Source: Saccharolobus solfataricus (GTDB taxonomy: Archaea; Thermoproteota; Thermoprotei_A; Sulfolobales; Sulfolobaceae). Taken from it: a DNA stretch of 32,000 nucleotides. Made by a program: the position numbers and the translations under genes. Numbering within the stretch: the stretch's first letter is position 1; every line of letters begins with the position of its first letter. The notes under the pieces are model-generated. The model did not search any database and was not told the DNA's origin. It was given only the letters and a program-made list of their open reading frames with translations. Of this stretch, positions 14,957 to 26,883 are shown piece after piece. The stretch lies in the NCBI RefSeq assembly GCF_900079115.1, contig NZ_LT549890.1, positions 600,001-632,000 of the forward strand, in the 5' to 3' direction.

Positions 14957-15029
14957 GGGGATCTGGCGACACCCTTGGAGAACCCTAAATATTTAGGGAT
15001 TCGATGAATTAGGGTCTCCAGAGATCCCC
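14957..15029. repeat. Near-palindromic element of about 73 nt with 8-12-bp terminal inverted repeats (GGGGATCTGG ... CCAGAGATCCCC). MITE-like or a structured RNA
   Basis: Nested complementarity: GGGGATCT/AGATCCCC, GGAGAACCCTAA/TTAGGGTCTCC, and a central CCCTAAATATTTAGGG palindrome. It lies between the tRNA-Phe promoter and the amzA start. Confidence 0.5.
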
Positions 15030-15036
15030 ACAGTAG

Positions 15037-15588
15037 GTGACGGAAATGAAGATTTTAATAGTTACCCTAACTTACATTGAAAAATCAATAATAGATGAAA
15101 TTGTTAATAATCTTTCAAGCTATGGATTAGAAGTTGATATATTGTTAGATAGTAGGAAATATCTTCCTATTTCTGCCTTTAATTGGGAAAGATTGCAATA
15201 CGACGCTGAAAAAGTATTGAGCTTCCTTAAGTCAATACACGACTTTAACTATGACTCAATAATATTCTTAGCAGATTCCGACGGCTATATTGATGGTTAT
15301 AATTTTGTATTTGGATTAACTATAGATAATTTTGCCATTATTTTTCTGCATAGATTACGAGAAGAGTTTTATAACAGAAAACCAGATTTAGATTTGTTTA
15401 TGAAAAGAGTAGTTAAGGAAGTAACTCACGAAGTAGGTCATACATTAGGGCTAAGTCATTGTAATACAACCGGTTGTGTTATGAATTTCAGCAATTCAGT
15501 TGAGGATGTAGATAAAAAACAAGCTAAGTTTTGTAAAAATTGCGCACATAAAATAGAAAAATTATCTAAATATCTACAACAAAAGTAA
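15037..15588 (+). CDS. amzA: Archaemetzincin (zinc metallopeptidase)
   Basis: HEVGHTLGLSHC zincin motif followed by GCVM and the C-terminal CKNC Cys cluster typical of archaemetzincins. Start is GTG 15037 or ATG 15046. Confidence 0.85.
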   Translation: MTEMKILIVTLTYIEKSIIDEIVNNLSSYGLEVDILLDSRKYLPISAFNWERLQYDAEKVLSFLKSIHDFNYDSIIFLADSDGYIDGYNFVFGLTIDNFAIIFLHRLREEFYNRKPDLDLFMKRVVKEVTHEVGHTLGLSHCNTTGCVMNFSNSVEDVDKKQAKFCKNCAHKIEKLSKYLQQK

Positions 15589-15985
15589 TAACATAACCGC
15601 TTTCTGTTTTTTCTATTGATAACTGATGATAAGTCATTGCTTTTACTACGGTTCTTCTCTCATGTATTTTATCGTTAAATCTTTCTCCCCATGCTTTTCC
15701 TTCTAAAGTTATAGAATCTTGATCTATCATAAGATCGAATTTACTGAAGATCATTAATTCAGAATCATAATAATATAGAAGTTCCTCTATCCATTTATAT
15801 AACAAATTTTCCAAATCATATCCATTTAAATAAATTTCACGATATTCTACAGGTCTTACTTTCGAGGTATCAGTAATTACTTCAAAAACTCCTAACGCAG
15901 CATTTGAGAATGCCTCTTCCAAGGATCTACCATACGATTTAATACCGACATCTGCTGTATGTTCAAAGAATTCAAACTGCCTCAT
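15566..15985 (-). CDS. Archease (RtcB tRNA-ligase cofactor family)
   Basis: N-terminus MRQFEFFEHTADVGIKSYG, and KAMTYHQLSI near the C-terminus. About 139 aa. Confidence 0.85.
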   Translation of the reverse strand: MRQFEFFEHTADVGIKSYGRSLEEAFSNAALGVFEVITDTSKVRPVEYREIYLNGYDLENLLYKWIEELLYYYDSELMIFSKFDLMIDQDSITLEGKAWGERFNDKIHERRTVVKAMTYHQLSIEKTESGYVITFVVDI

Positions 15986-16103
15986 ATAACTTTATAACAT
16001 TTCTTCGCATTAATAGTTATTTGATGATATAACATGGGAGGAAGACAAAAGACAACATTATTTATGACAAAAGAAGTTAGAAAAGAAAAGAAGACTAGTC
16101 AAA

Positions 16104-16241
16104 CTAGTCCTCAACCCTCTTCAAAATAAATTTGCTTATTACTAGCAGAACTAAAACGAGCAGAGTGGTGTAAATAATAACGTAATTGTTTTTTGAATAC
16201 ACAAAGGCTAGGATACTATCTATTATTATAAGTATTATCAT
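16104..16241 (-). CDS. Possible 45-aa two-helix membrane protein downstream of cedA (candidate cedA1-like)
   Basis: Hand translation gives MIILIIIDSILAFVYSKNNYVIIYTTLLVLVLLVISKFILKRVED. It starts 28 nt after the cedA-like stop on the same strand. It is too small for a confident call. Confidence 0.3.
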   Translation of the reverse strand: MIILIIIDSILAFVYSKNNYVIIYTTLLVLVLLVISKFILKRVED

Positions 16242-16269
16242 TAGATTACTGCTTTTCACTTTCCATCAC

Positions 16270-17073
16270 CTAAAACAAGTCTAATGGAAATGGAACTCGA
16301 CCACTTGAGCCTCCGATTGCATTGCCTAACCCTAGTGATATGCCAGCTAAAATACTTAAATAAAGCATGGGTATTATTATAAATACAATTACTAGTTCTG
16401 GAACTACACCAGCTATAGTCTCAACCAACGTGTTTACATCGGTAATCGTAGATAATTGAGATCCTATTTGAGAAAGCGTAATAGAGGACATTTCTTGCAT
16501 GAAAATTGGTAAATATGGCAAACCGATATAAAATATAATTGCAGACGATATTAAAGTCCCTCCTACTCCCTTTCCCATTCTAAAAGGAAGTGATAGTAAA
16601 AGAATACCAATTGCTATAAGTATCATGTACGATTGTTGTATAAATTCTCCTAGATCTATAAAAAATTGTAATAAAAAAATTATATCAGTAATAAATGAGG
16701 AAAACTGAAGTACTGGATCTGCAAGAAGGGCAAGAGCCATTGATATCTTCTCAGTCGTAATAATATAATATAAACTCTTAACTTGAATAAGCGCGCTAAA
16801 CATATTAGCTTGTAATTGTAAAATTGACGAAAAGAAACTACTCCAATCTACTCCAAGTAAGCTTTGAATTTGGCCTATCGCAAAAATTATAATACCATAA
16901 ATGTTTACCCATACAGCGGCATATATTGCATCACTCATCATTCTTGGTCCCCATTTTTTTAAGCCATAAATAGGAATTGGCAAGCCGTAAAATAACGTAC
17001 CAACCGCATATGTTAATGTCGCTATATTCATCGCTATGTATAATATATAGAATGGAGAATATCCACTGCTCAT
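16270..17073 (-). CDS. cedA: Polytopic membrane protein, CedA-like (Crenarchaeal exchange of DNA system; VirB6-like channel component)
   Basis: About 6-7 TM helices. It sits directly after cmk/rpl34e/adk/secY, matching my recollection of the Sulfolobus ced locus (Saci_0567-0569, SSO0691). The likely start is the ATG at 17073, which forms an ATGA overlap with the upstream stop; the track start at 17136 overlaps by 67 nt. Confidence 0.6.
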   Translation of the reverse strand: MSSGYSPFYILYIAMNIATLTYAVGTLFYGLPIPIYGLKKWGPRMMSDAIYAAVWVNIYGIIIFAIGQIQSLLGVDWSSFFSSILQLQANMFSALIQVKSLYYIITTEKISMALALLADPVLQFSSFITDIIFLLQFFIDLGEFIQQSYMILIAIGILLLSLPFRMGKGVGGTLISSAIIFYIGLPYLPIFMQEMSSITLSQIGSQLSTITDVNTLVETIAGVVPELVIVFIIIPMLYLSILAGISLGLGNAIGGSSGRVPFPLDLF

Positions 17074-17312
17074 GATCCCACTTGTGAAGCTAGATAAGTT
17101 ATTAATGAGAACACTGTTGTTCCTAATGCAATCCAAAACGCTGCTAATATCGCATCTTCTATCAAATCTTGGCCAGTTCTTTTAATTCTGAAAATAGGTA
17201 TTGGCGCGCCCCTTAATGCCCATCCAACGGCCCACGCTAATATAAAAACGCTCCAAGCAACCTCAGTAACTTGTGTGTCTAGATTTTGTACAAATTGAAC
17301 TATATTAGCCAT
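17070..17312 (-). CDS. cedA2: Small two-TM hairpin membrane protein, CedA2-like (VirB2/pilin-like family of the Ced system)
   Basis: 80-81 aa with two hydrophobic helices joined by the basic loop GAPIPIFRIKRTGQD. It is paralogous to the N-terminal hairpin of the downstream CedA-like protein. Its start overlaps the cmk stop. Confidence 0.5.
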   Translation of the reverse strand: MANIVQFVQNLDTQVTEVAWSVFILAWAVGWALRGAPIPIFRIKRTGQDLIEDAILAAFWIALGTTVFSLITYLASQVGS

Positions 17313-17881
17313 CACTTATCGTTGATATTTTTTTCTTTTAATGGCTGAGAGTTATGTGAAACTGATGATAGATAGTCCAGAATTAATTTCACTATATTAT
17401 TAATGTCTATATTTGAGGTATTTATAACTAAATCGAATACCGATAAATCATTAATATCGATACCATAGAATTTGTTAAACCTTTTATAATGCATGTATTC
17501 TCTTCTAATAATTTGCGAGACTGCTTCGACATATGATATTTTATCCCTAATAGCTATTCTATTTGCCCTGATTTTAAGTGGTGCCCACAAATATATTGCA
17601 ACATCAGTATATTCTCTAAATATCCAGCCTGCAATATGTGACTCTACGATAAGGTTTCTCTCCCTTAATACATATTCGTGAATCTTTTTATCAACCATCT
17701 TATCAATATCAAAATTGGATTCTGCAACCCTATTCAAATTTATGATATCTAATCCCATGCTTTGAGCGATATCTCTGAAAATTTTTCCGGCTGATATAAA
17801 TTTATATGATAGTTCGTTTGCGAGCTTTATTGCAACTGAGGTCTTACCACTACCTGGAGGACCGCTTATTATAATTATCAT
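17312..17881 (-). CDS. cmk: Cytidylate (CMP) kinase, archaeal type
   Basis: P-loop GPPGSGKTS, 189 aa, conserved position after rpl34e. Confidence 0.88.
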
Positions 17882-17922
17882 CCAATTTCTTCCTCATTAA
17901 AATTAAAAATTATAAAATTATC

Positions 17923-18189
17923 TCATTGAAGTTGTTGCCTTACAGTAGCTTTGATTAGTTGAGTAAGGCAAGATGAGCACAAGTATCCGCCAAAAGGCCT
18001 TTCTGGTCTCTTCTCTGACTTACTATATTTATGCAAAAAGTTAGTTTTTACACCATGTAAAGGTTTCTTACATATAGCGCATATCGCAATATCGTTTCTC
18101 TTTCTTTCATAATGTATAACAGTCTTTCCACTTGGCAACTTTACATAAACCCTCCTAAGTGACCTAGAGCGTAAAGCTGGTCTAGGCAT
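17923..18189 (-). CDS. rpl34e: 50S ribosomal protein L34e
   Basis: [22 protein letters not shown]..., with CxxC...CxxC zinc-ribbon cysteines. Confidence 0.92.
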   Translation of the reverse strand: MPRPALRSRSLRRVYVKLPSGKTVIHYERKRNDIAICAICKKPLHGVKTNFLHKYSKSEKRPERPFGGYLCSSCLTQLIKATVRQQLQ

Positions 18190-18202
18190 ATCTTAATCTA
18201 TC

Positions 18203-18652
18203 CTATCTTGTTTTTAAATTTGATCTTAAAGATAGAGGGGTAAATAAGATATAAGATGCTATAAACTCAAAGAGAGACCCGTTGAGCATTAAATACATAT
18301 TACTACTGCTCTTCGCTGTAAGATAAGGTATATAGAATGGCAGATATATATTAGTATTTAAGTAATTCAATATAATTACAAGATCAACTATATAAACGCC
18401 CACTAATATCATTGAACGCAAAAACATATAATATCTAACAGAAGAGATATAGGATTCTAGCTCTTTAGAAATTTTCTTGTAAGCCTTTTCTCTTCTTTTC
18501 GACGAGGCTATATTCTTTAACCTCTCTTCGTACTTTTCGACGAGGCTTATCTTATTGATTATTTTCCCATAAAAATAATACTTGTAGATCAAATAAACAA
18601 CAAAATTCGAGAAAAGCGAAATCAAAAAAATGTATATTGTATTTAACTCCAT
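18203..18652 (-). CDS. DUF106-family membrane protein (archaeal YidC/Oxa1/EMC3-like insertase candidate)
   Basis: TM1, a basic coiled segment (EKYEERLKNIASSKRREKAYKKISKELE), then two more TMs. Conserved position between adk and rpl34e next to secY. Confidence 0.55.
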   Translation of the reverse strand: MELNTIYIFLISLFSNFVVYLIYKYYFYGKIINKISLVEKYEERLKNIASSKRREKAYKKISKELESYISSVRYYMFLRSMILVGVYIVDLVIILNYLNTNIYLPFYIPYLTAKSSSNMYLMLNGSLFEFIASYILFTPLSLRSNLKTR

Positions 18653-18656
18653 ACTT

Positions 18657-20656
<2,000 letters not shown>

Positions 20657-20672
20657 AATTTACTCAAAAAAA

Positions 20673-21107
20673 TTACTCAGTTGGGCTTAATATTACTTCT
20701 CCTCCCATCTCCTTCACTTTCTGTATTGCCTTATTAGTAGCCTTACCTACTTTTATAGTAACGGGAATACTTATACTACCTCCACCAAGTAATTTATTAT
20801 ACCCTAACTCGTTTAAGTCTACTATCTTTTTTCCATCCATTTCCTTAATTTTTATATAACCACTTTCTAATAACTCATTTAATTTCCTCAATGAAATAGC
20901 GCTTGTTAACTTTGTAGTTGGATTTCTGAATCCGTGCTTACCATACCATCCTTTGCCATATTTAACTAACCATGACCATTTCTCCTTGTGCATACCAATT
21001 TGCCTACCACCTTGTGAACCTCTATCTCTATGCTGCCCTCTAATACCCCATCCCATTGTTCGTGATCCTCTCATTTTTCTACTCTTTTTCTCTCTTCTTA
21101 CTACCAT
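20673..21107 (-). CDS. rpl15: 50S ribosomal protein L15 (uL15)
   Basis: Basic Gly-rich N-terminus (RGSRTMGWGIRGQHRDRGSQGG). Operon position. Confidence 0.93.
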   Translation of the reverse strand: MVVRREKKSRKMRGSRTMGWGIRGQHRDRGSQGGRQIGMHKEKWSWLVKYGKGWYGKHGFRNPTTKLTSAISLRKLNELLESGYIKIKEMDGKKIVDLNELGYNKLLGGGSISIPVTIKVGKATNKAIQKVKEMGGEVILSPTE

Positions 21108-21109
21108 CC

Positions 21110-21586
21110 TTACACCATCCTCCTCATTAATTCGTTTATCTTATCTCCCCTATATCCAAACTCACCTTTATTTTTATAGGGCCTTTTAACACTCCCCTTA
21201 AACCCTCCTCTAGGTGGATGCAAGCGAATAGGCAACTTGAAATATTCATCAAGTTTATGTAAGTAAATTTTACCCTCATACAATTGTTTTACCATTGCAT
21301 CAATATTTTCTATCTTCAACACTTCTTTCACATAACTATCCGAAACCTTATCCCCTTTTACCGTTTCAAGTCTATTTATAATTAGTAGCTTTAAAGTATC
21401 TGGATCTATCTCACCCCATGTAATATATGGAGAAACTTTATTCAGCATACCAAGTATTTGAGACGTTTTTGGATATACCATGGTATTGAAATTATACCTT
21501 AATCTCAACATATTTAATGTTTCATTAATATACCAAGGGGCCTTCGCCCAACCTCTAATCCTAATTATGCCTAATAACTCCACCAC
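21110..21586 (-). CDS. rpl30: 50S ribosomal protein L30 (uL30)
   Basis: 158 aa. IRIRGWAKAPWYINETLNMLRL. Operon position. Confidence 0.92.
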   Translation of the reverse strand: MVELLGIIRIRGWAKAPWYINETLNMLRLRYNFNTMVYPKTSQILGMLNKVSPYITWGEIDPDTLKLLIINRLETVKGDKVSDSYVKEVLKIENIDAMVKQLYEGKIYLHKLDEYFKLPIRLHPPRGGFKGSVKRPYKNKGEFGYRGDKINELMRRMV

Positions 21587-21592
21587 TTCTGC

Positions 21593-22246
21593 TTACCTCT
21601 TCCTAACCCAATCCTGTAAAGTAACAAATTTATATGTATTATAAAGTGCACTGTATCCAGCTCTAACAAAATTCTCTGTAGTTCTAGTCTCACCCTTTGT
21701 GGTAGACCAAGCATCCTTTATACCAGCATAAGTTAACAAGGTCTTTAGTACGCTTCCAACCACTAATCCAGTACCTTTAGGTGCAGGCAATAAGTCAACT
21801 TCTACACTGCCCGCCTTACCAACTACCTTAAATGGCAAACTATGTGGCTCACCACATGTACACTGCCAGCTACCACACCCTCTTCTTACTGGTATTATAT
21901 TCATCTTAGCATCCCTAATTGCCTTCTGAATTGCAACCCTTAACTGTTTAGCTTTTCCAGTTCCTATACTGACATATCCATCCATGTTGCCCATTATAAC
22001 TAGAACTTTATATCTAGATATTTCTCCTGCATCAGTTTGCTTCTGAACTACTTTAATATCTACAACTTCATATTTTAGTTTAGGTAGTAGCACGTCTACA
22101 ATTTCTGGTTCAGTAATAGGAAGATTCCTATCAAATAGTTCCTTTATAGATGATATTTTTCCTTCCTTTACTAGACTACCTATAGAGGTTCGTGGTTTCC
22201 ATTCTTCTATATTTAAACTTGGTACTTCCTCTGCCATTTTAACCAC
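21593..22246 (-). CDS. rps5: 30S ribosomal protein S5 (uS5)
   Basis: dsRBD and S5 C-terminal domain pattern. Operon position. The real start may be the second Met. Confidence 0.93.
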   Translation of the reverse strand: MVKMAEEVPSLNIEEWKPRTSIGSLVKEGKISSIKELFDRNLPITEPEIVDVLLPKLKYEVVDIKVVQKQTDAGEISRYKVLVIMGNMDGYVSIGTGKAKQLRVAIQKAIRDAKMNIIPVRRGCGSWQCTCGEPHSLPFKVVGKAGSVEVDLLPAPKGTGLVVGSVLKTLLTYAGIKDAWSTTKGETRTTENFVRAGYSALYNTYKFVTLQDWVRKR

Positions 22247-22838
22247 CAGAAGATTTAATCTTATTTAATATTTCCTCAAAATGAGAAGGCAAGTTCTCGG
22301 GGTTTAGTCCCCTTTGTAAATACCTTGAAAACAATTTACTATATAAGTCCGAATTCTCAGATTTTAACTTCTCAGCATACTTTGCTATATGCTCTCCCTT
22401 TATTCTATCATTTTCTATACTTATGTCGCCTATCGGAATTTTCAATCCAGCATCAATTGCACCTTTTATCACATAAAACACCCTGTTACCCTTAGATGGT
22501 ACATGAAGCCCAATATCCGCCACGCACTCAGTTACACCTCTCTTTATAGCTCTTAAGCCTGCTAAATATCCGGTCAGGTATGCAGCTGGAGTGTTATTTT
22601 CATCACCCTTCCATCCGAACTTTTTAGCAAGTTCAGCTGAATGAGCACTAGCAATCATAATATCGCCTTTAGGATCGATTTTTGCAATCTGGACTATAAC
22701 GTATTTGTTTGTTATTCTTACAATAAACCTTGTTTGTTTACTTATAACATAGACATATCTTTTATAGTAGTTAGTTTTTCCTTCTCTTCTTCTTCTGGGT
22801 TTTACCTTATAATTAGGACCATTGGCCAATTTATTCAC
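22239..22838 (-). CDS. rpl18: 50S ribosomal protein L18 (uL18)
   Basis: [13 protein letters not shown] motif. Operon position. Confidence 0.93.
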   Translation of the reverse strand: MNKLANGPNYKVKPRRRREGKTNYYKRYVYVISKQTRFIVRITNKYVIVQIAKIDPKGDIMIASAHSAELAKKFGWKGDENNTPAAYLTGYLAGLRAIKRGVTECVADIGLHVPSKGNRVFYVIKGAIDAGLKIPIGDISIENDRIKGEHIAKYAEKLKSENSDLYSKLFSRYLQRGLNPENLPSHFEEILNKIKSSGG

Positions 22839-23290
22839 CCTTTAATTTTCCCCATTTGTATTAGGACATTTCTGACATCAGAAACTCCCTTATAGTTGCC
22901 GCCTTTCGTTTTTAAGTATAATTCCCTGTAAGTATGTCTATCAATAACCTTATGATCTCTCAACCACTTTAGATAAGCTCTTATTTTTCTTACCCTTTTA
23001 ACCCACATTTGTTTACTATTAGCCCTTGCTCCCTTCTTGCCTTTTCTGCTCCCTGACTTCTTTCCTTCGCTCTTAAGGCTCCTCTTCTTTCGCCTTTCCT
23101 TTAATCTACCACCGCTTATTCCAACCTTTTTTAGGACTATAATCTTACCATCTTTTATTAAATTTCTAATTTCATCTCTGGTTAATGAGCTTTGAACATC
23201 CTCAATGTAATCCTCAACGACCTTAATTCTGTTTATACCTACCCCTGCAATCGATGCTGCTAATCTTTTTTGCGCTTTCAAGTTAGTCAT
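22835..23290 (-). CDS. rpl19e: 50S ribosomal protein L19e
   Basis: [23 protein letters not shown]. Operon position. Confidence 0.93.
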   Translation of the reverse strand: MTNLKAQKRLAASIAGVGINRIKVVEDYIEDVQSSLTRDEIRNLIKDGKIIVLKKVGISGGRLKERRKKRSLKSEGKKSGSRKGKKGARANSKQMWVKRVRKIRAYLKWLRDHKVIDRHTYRELYLKTKGGNYKGVSDVRNVLIQMGKIKG

Positions 23291-23703
23291 GTAACTACAC
23301 CCTCATTACTTACTTTCAGACCCAATTCCCTAGCTTTATTTAGAATTTCAAGCCTCTTTTTAAAACCAACTGAAGAAGATATAGTTACAATAACGTTGTC
23401 CTTTTGGTTCTGAACCTTAACTAGTTCATTAACATTATGAACTATAACTTGCCTTAATCCACTTGGGTGGAATCCCCTAACCTTTTTAGGTAATCTATAA
23501 CCTACACTCACTATTGCTGGGAATCCCCTAACTTTCAATCTAGTCTTATTATCTCTTCCATATGGTCTTCTCCATTTTTCTTGTCTTCCTAATCTGTAGA
23601 ACTTATCAGAATCATACCGCAAGAACTTAGGCTTCTTTGCCTTAAGCTTCTGCCTTATTACATAAATCTTTTTCCTATACGACTGAATTCTTCCTTCGGT
23701 CAT
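23287..23703 (-). CDS. rpl32e: 50S ribosomal protein L32e
   Basis: [17 protein letters not shown] motif. Operon position. Confidence 0.93.
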   Translation of the reverse strand: MTEGRIQSYRKKIYVIRQKLKAKKPKFLRYDSDKFYRLGRQEKWRRPYGRDNKTRLKVRGFPAIVSVGYRLPKKVRGFHPSGLRQVIVHNVNELVKVQNQKDNVIVTISSSVGFKKRLEILNKARELGLKVSNEGVVT

Positions 23704-24245
23704 TCAATCACCTCTTTTTTATAGATGAAAATTCCATCCGAGAAGATACGTCTATCAAAACCAGATATCTTTGAAGCCGACTCGATATTAGCTGCAGTCT
23801 GAGCAACAGCCTCTAAATTCGGACCCTCCACAACTATATCTTCACCCTTCACGGTAACCTTGACGCCTTCCAATATTTGTGCCCTTCTAGTATTCTTCTC
23901 ACCTATTAGATTAGTTATTTGAACTTCATTCCCTACTACCTTTACAGATGTTGGAAAGTGCGTATATATAATTTTAAGGTAATATCTATAACCCTTTGTT
24001 ACGCCAGTTATCATATTTTTAATGTGACTAACTATACTATAGAAGACAGCCTTTTTTCGTCTATTAGCAAAAGTAGTCTCTAGCACTATTTTATTCCCAT
24101 CTAAACTAATTTGTATACCCTTTGCAAAGCTGAAATCTTTAACTACTTCACCTTTAGGTCCCTTTATCTTAATTATTGACCCCTTTAGATCAACAACAAC
24201 ATTTTTCGGGATTTCGATTTCTTCCCTCAAAATTACTATCTGCAT
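23700..24245 (-). CDS. rpl6: 50S ribosomal protein L6 (uL6)
   Basis: 181 aa with the two-domain L6 pattern. Operon position. Confidence 0.93.
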   Translation of the reverse strand: MQIVILREEIEIPKNVVVDLKGSIIKIKGPKGEVVKDFSFAKGIQISLDGNKIVLETTFANRRKKAVFYSIVSHIKNMITGVTKGYRYYLKIIYTHFPTSVKVVGNEVQITNLIGEKNTRRAQILEGVKVTVKGEDIVVEGPNLEAVAQTAANIESASKISGFDRRIFSDGIFIYKKEVIE

Positions 24246-24254
24246 TAAAACACC

Positions 24255-24656
24255 TCAATACACGTATCCTAGTGCTACCCCACCTATTCGCAATCTTGCA
24301 GCTTCTTTATGGGACATTACACCTTTAGATGTCGAAACAATAATTATGCCTATCTCTTTCGATGGTAGATAACGTCTAACGTAATCTGGCAACGCAATCA
24401 TCTGTCTATAACTAAGAGGATATCGTGGAGTTATTGGACCGCACTTATTAACTCTTCCTAACAACTGTACTGTTATCTTTCCCCATCTTCCATCATCAAT
24501 ATATTCAAATTCTCCTACATAACCTTCCTTCTGCATAACTCTTAAAACATTTATTACTAATTTAGATGCTGGCATTATAATAGCTTGTTTATTCCTTCTC
24601 ATCTCATTATTATATATGGACGTTAATGCATTTGCCAACGGATTCACGAATACCAT
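24255..24656 (-). CDS. rps8: 30S ribosomal protein S8 (uS8)
   Basis: [17 protein letters not shown]. Operon position. Confidence 0.93.
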   Translation of the reverse strand: MVFVNPLANALTSIYNNEMRRNKQAIIMPASKLVINVLRVMQKEGYVGEFEYIDDGRWGKITVQLLGRVNKCGPITPRYPLSYRQMIALPDYVRRYLPSKEIGIIIVSTSKGVMSHKEAARLRIGGVALGYVY

Positions 24657-24662
24657 GACCTA

Positions 24663-24827
24663 TCACCAATATTTCCTAAATCCTAATTCATACGCGACTT
24701 CTCTAAAACACTGCCTACACAAATAAATCCCATATTTTTGAATTACAGAATCCTTACTTCCGCATCTTTGACAAGATTGAACTCCTTTTCCATACTTTCT
24801 CTCAGCCGGAGGCTTATATTTACCCAT
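24663..24827 (-). CDS. rps14: 30S ribosomal protein S14 (uS14, zinc-binding type). Not in the ORF track because it is under 60 aa
   Basis: Hand translation gives [54 protein letters not shown], with CxxC...CxxC. It sits between rpl5 and rps8. Confidence 0.9.
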   Translation of the reverse strand: MGKYKPPAERKYGKGVQSCQRCGSKDSVIQKYGIYLCRQCFREVAYELGFRKYW

Positions 24828-24832
24828 TTCAC

Positions 24833-25381
24833 TCACCCTTCTACCAACTGTACATTAAAATTATTTCTTAAAAACTCCATAGCTTCCTCCTTCGTAACCC
24901 TATGCCTCTTTGGAATTTTAGCCTTCTTTCTTCTCCTTCTAGAAATCCTATAGCCAGCCCTCTCAAGTGTAATAGCTATATCCATTCCGAATATACCTAT
25001 TTCTGGATCATATCTTGCACCGGGCAAAATTACATGTTCCGCAATGCCAAAAGATACGTTACCATAATCGTCAAAGCTACTCTTCTTTAATCTGTATCCT
25101 ATAGCTTCTAATACCTTTCTTAAGAATTCCTCAGCTTGTGCACCTCTCAAAGTCACTTTAACTCCAATTTCTTGACCTTTTCTAATTCCAAACTCCCTTA
25201 TAGTCTTCTTGGAAATAGTATATACTGGTTTGGCTCCCGTTAGCTCTTGTAAAAGTTGATAAGCTTTTTGCAACCTATCTCCAGACTCACCTAGTCCTAT
25301 GTTAACAGTAACCTTGCTTAATTTAACCTTCCTCATTGGATTCTGGCTAAGAGGTAAAGTAGACTCTGCCATTTTAATCAA
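24833..25381 (-). CDS. rpl5: 50S ribosomal protein L5 (uL5)
   Basis: [21 protein letters not shown]. Operon position. Confidence 0.93.
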
Positions 25382-26093
25382 CTCTCAAGTCAGATTTTTC
25401 CCTACCTATACTCATTACGTTCATAATATTAGTCTGATAAGTATTACCGTCCCTACTTTCTAAGGTTATCACACTGTATTTTCTAGACTTAAACTTACTC
25501 AAATTTATATTCTTAACAATACCGTGAATACCGACGTTTCTACCTCCTACGAAAATCGCATATGATCTTTCTGAGATAGTGAATGAATCTAATATTTGTT
25601 GGCTAGGTAATTCGATCTTTAACGTCATAAGCGTTTTGAAATTCTTGGCAGTCTCTTTATCTACAAGGATATTTCTTCCATCCTCTAGATTAAGCTGAAT
25701 TCTTCCTTCCTTTATCGTAGTTTTATTTATAATTCTAACGTACTTATACCGGGCCTCATCAGCAGATATCTTGGAAAATCTCATGAACCTAACATTATCT
25801 GGAAGAACCCTAAAATATAGGTCAGCAGAGGGAATTGAAACAATATCCATAAGTCCAACAGGATACTTATAGTCTTTCCTTACCTTACCATCCACTAAAA
25901 CTTTGCCATCAAATATTATATGCTTAGCCTCTCTTATCGTCCCCGCAAGTTTCAGATAATCTCTAATTACAACAGCTAAAGGTATGCTTTTCTCAATAGA
26001 GTGAGGTCCAGCATTAGGTCTAACCGTCCACTTATATTGTTTTTTACTTATCATTAAAAACCAAGGTGCTTCAAATCTTGTTATATGCGCCAT
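25374..26093 (-). CDS. rps4e: 30S ribosomal protein S4e
   Basis: 239 aa with S4 and KOW domain pattern. Operon position. Confidence 0.93.
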
Positions 26094-26100
26094 TTTTCCA

Positions 26101-26460
26101 TCACTTCTTAGATTTTTCTAACTTTTCCCGTCTTCTTGGATCACTCAGATCTAGCTTAGTTATCATCACTTTAGACGCATGAATCCACACATATACTGGT
26201 GTTCCATCAACTTTTTTTCTCGTTATTCCTTCTATTGCTAATCTTCCGGTCTTAGTATTAACTTCAACTACCTTTCCTTCTTTACCACTATTACCTCCTC
26301 GCATTACCCTAACAGTATCTCCTTTTCTTACTCTAATACGTTTTATACCATATTGAGACGCAATATCATCAGATACTTTAGCAACTAGTAGCTTCTTTCT
26401 TTGATGCAATGGTAAAGTATATAGTAATTTCCTTTGTTTAGAAGGTTTAAGAGATACCAT
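26101..26460 (-). CDS. rpl24: 50S ribosomal protein L24 (uL24)
   Basis: KOW motif [20 protein letters not shown]. Operon position. Confidence 0.93.
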
Positions 26461-26465
26461 ATCTC

Positions 26466-26882
26466 TTACACCACCAATGTAGCGAGACTAGCTATTTTTG
26501 GCCATCTCTCAGCTGCTTCTCTCGCTATCGGTCCCCTAACCTCAGTACCTTTTGGTGTTCCATCTGGATTTATTATAACTACTGCATTATCCTCAAAAGA
26601 AATCCACGTACCATCGGGTCTTCTATATGGCATTCTTTGTCTCACGATTACTGCTCTAAACTTCTGTTTTCTAACCTCTGGCGTTCCTTTCTTAATTGAC
26701 ACCATAACCATATCAGCAATGTTAGCAAATGGAACTCTTCTTAAAACACCTCTATAACCATATACGCCAATTATCATAGCTTCCTTTCCTCCACTATTAT
26801 CAGCAACGTTAACTACCGAATAATGTTGGAGAGCTGGCGTTAAACCTTTTCTGGATCCTAAAACTTGAATCTTTTCTGACAC
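26466..26882 (-). CDS. rpl14: 50S ribosomal protein L14 (uL14)
   Basis: 138 aa. [15 protein letters not shown]. Operon position. Confidence 0.93.
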   Translation of the reverse strand: MSEKIQVLGSRKGLTPALQHYSVVNVADNSGGKEAMIIGVYGYRGVLRRVPFANIADMVMVSIKKGTPEVRKQKFRAVIVRQRMPYRRPDGTWISFEDNAVVIINPDGTPKGTEVRGPIAREAAERWPKIASLATLVV

Positions 26883-26883
26883 T

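Noticed and set aside
14953-15033. Reading the near-palindrome as an archaeal H/ACA guide RNA (8-bp lower stem immediately followed by ACA at 15030-15032), or as a C/D box sRNA.
   Set aside because: The 3' side of any pseudouridylation pocket would be only about 2 nt, putting ACA about 10 nt rather than 14-15 nt from the upper stem. There is no clear K-turn/K-loop, and no proper C (RUGAUGA) and D (CUGA) box pair on either strand. I kept it only as a generic structured or MITE-like element.
16034-16129. 31-aa basic plus-strand ORF (MGGRQKTTLFMTKEVRKEKKTSQTSPQPSSK) between archease and the ced-like genes.
   Set aside because: It is very short and low-complexity, has no recognisable family, and converges on and overlaps the 3' end of the candidate 45-aa minus-strand ORF. 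There is nothing in the sequence to support it.
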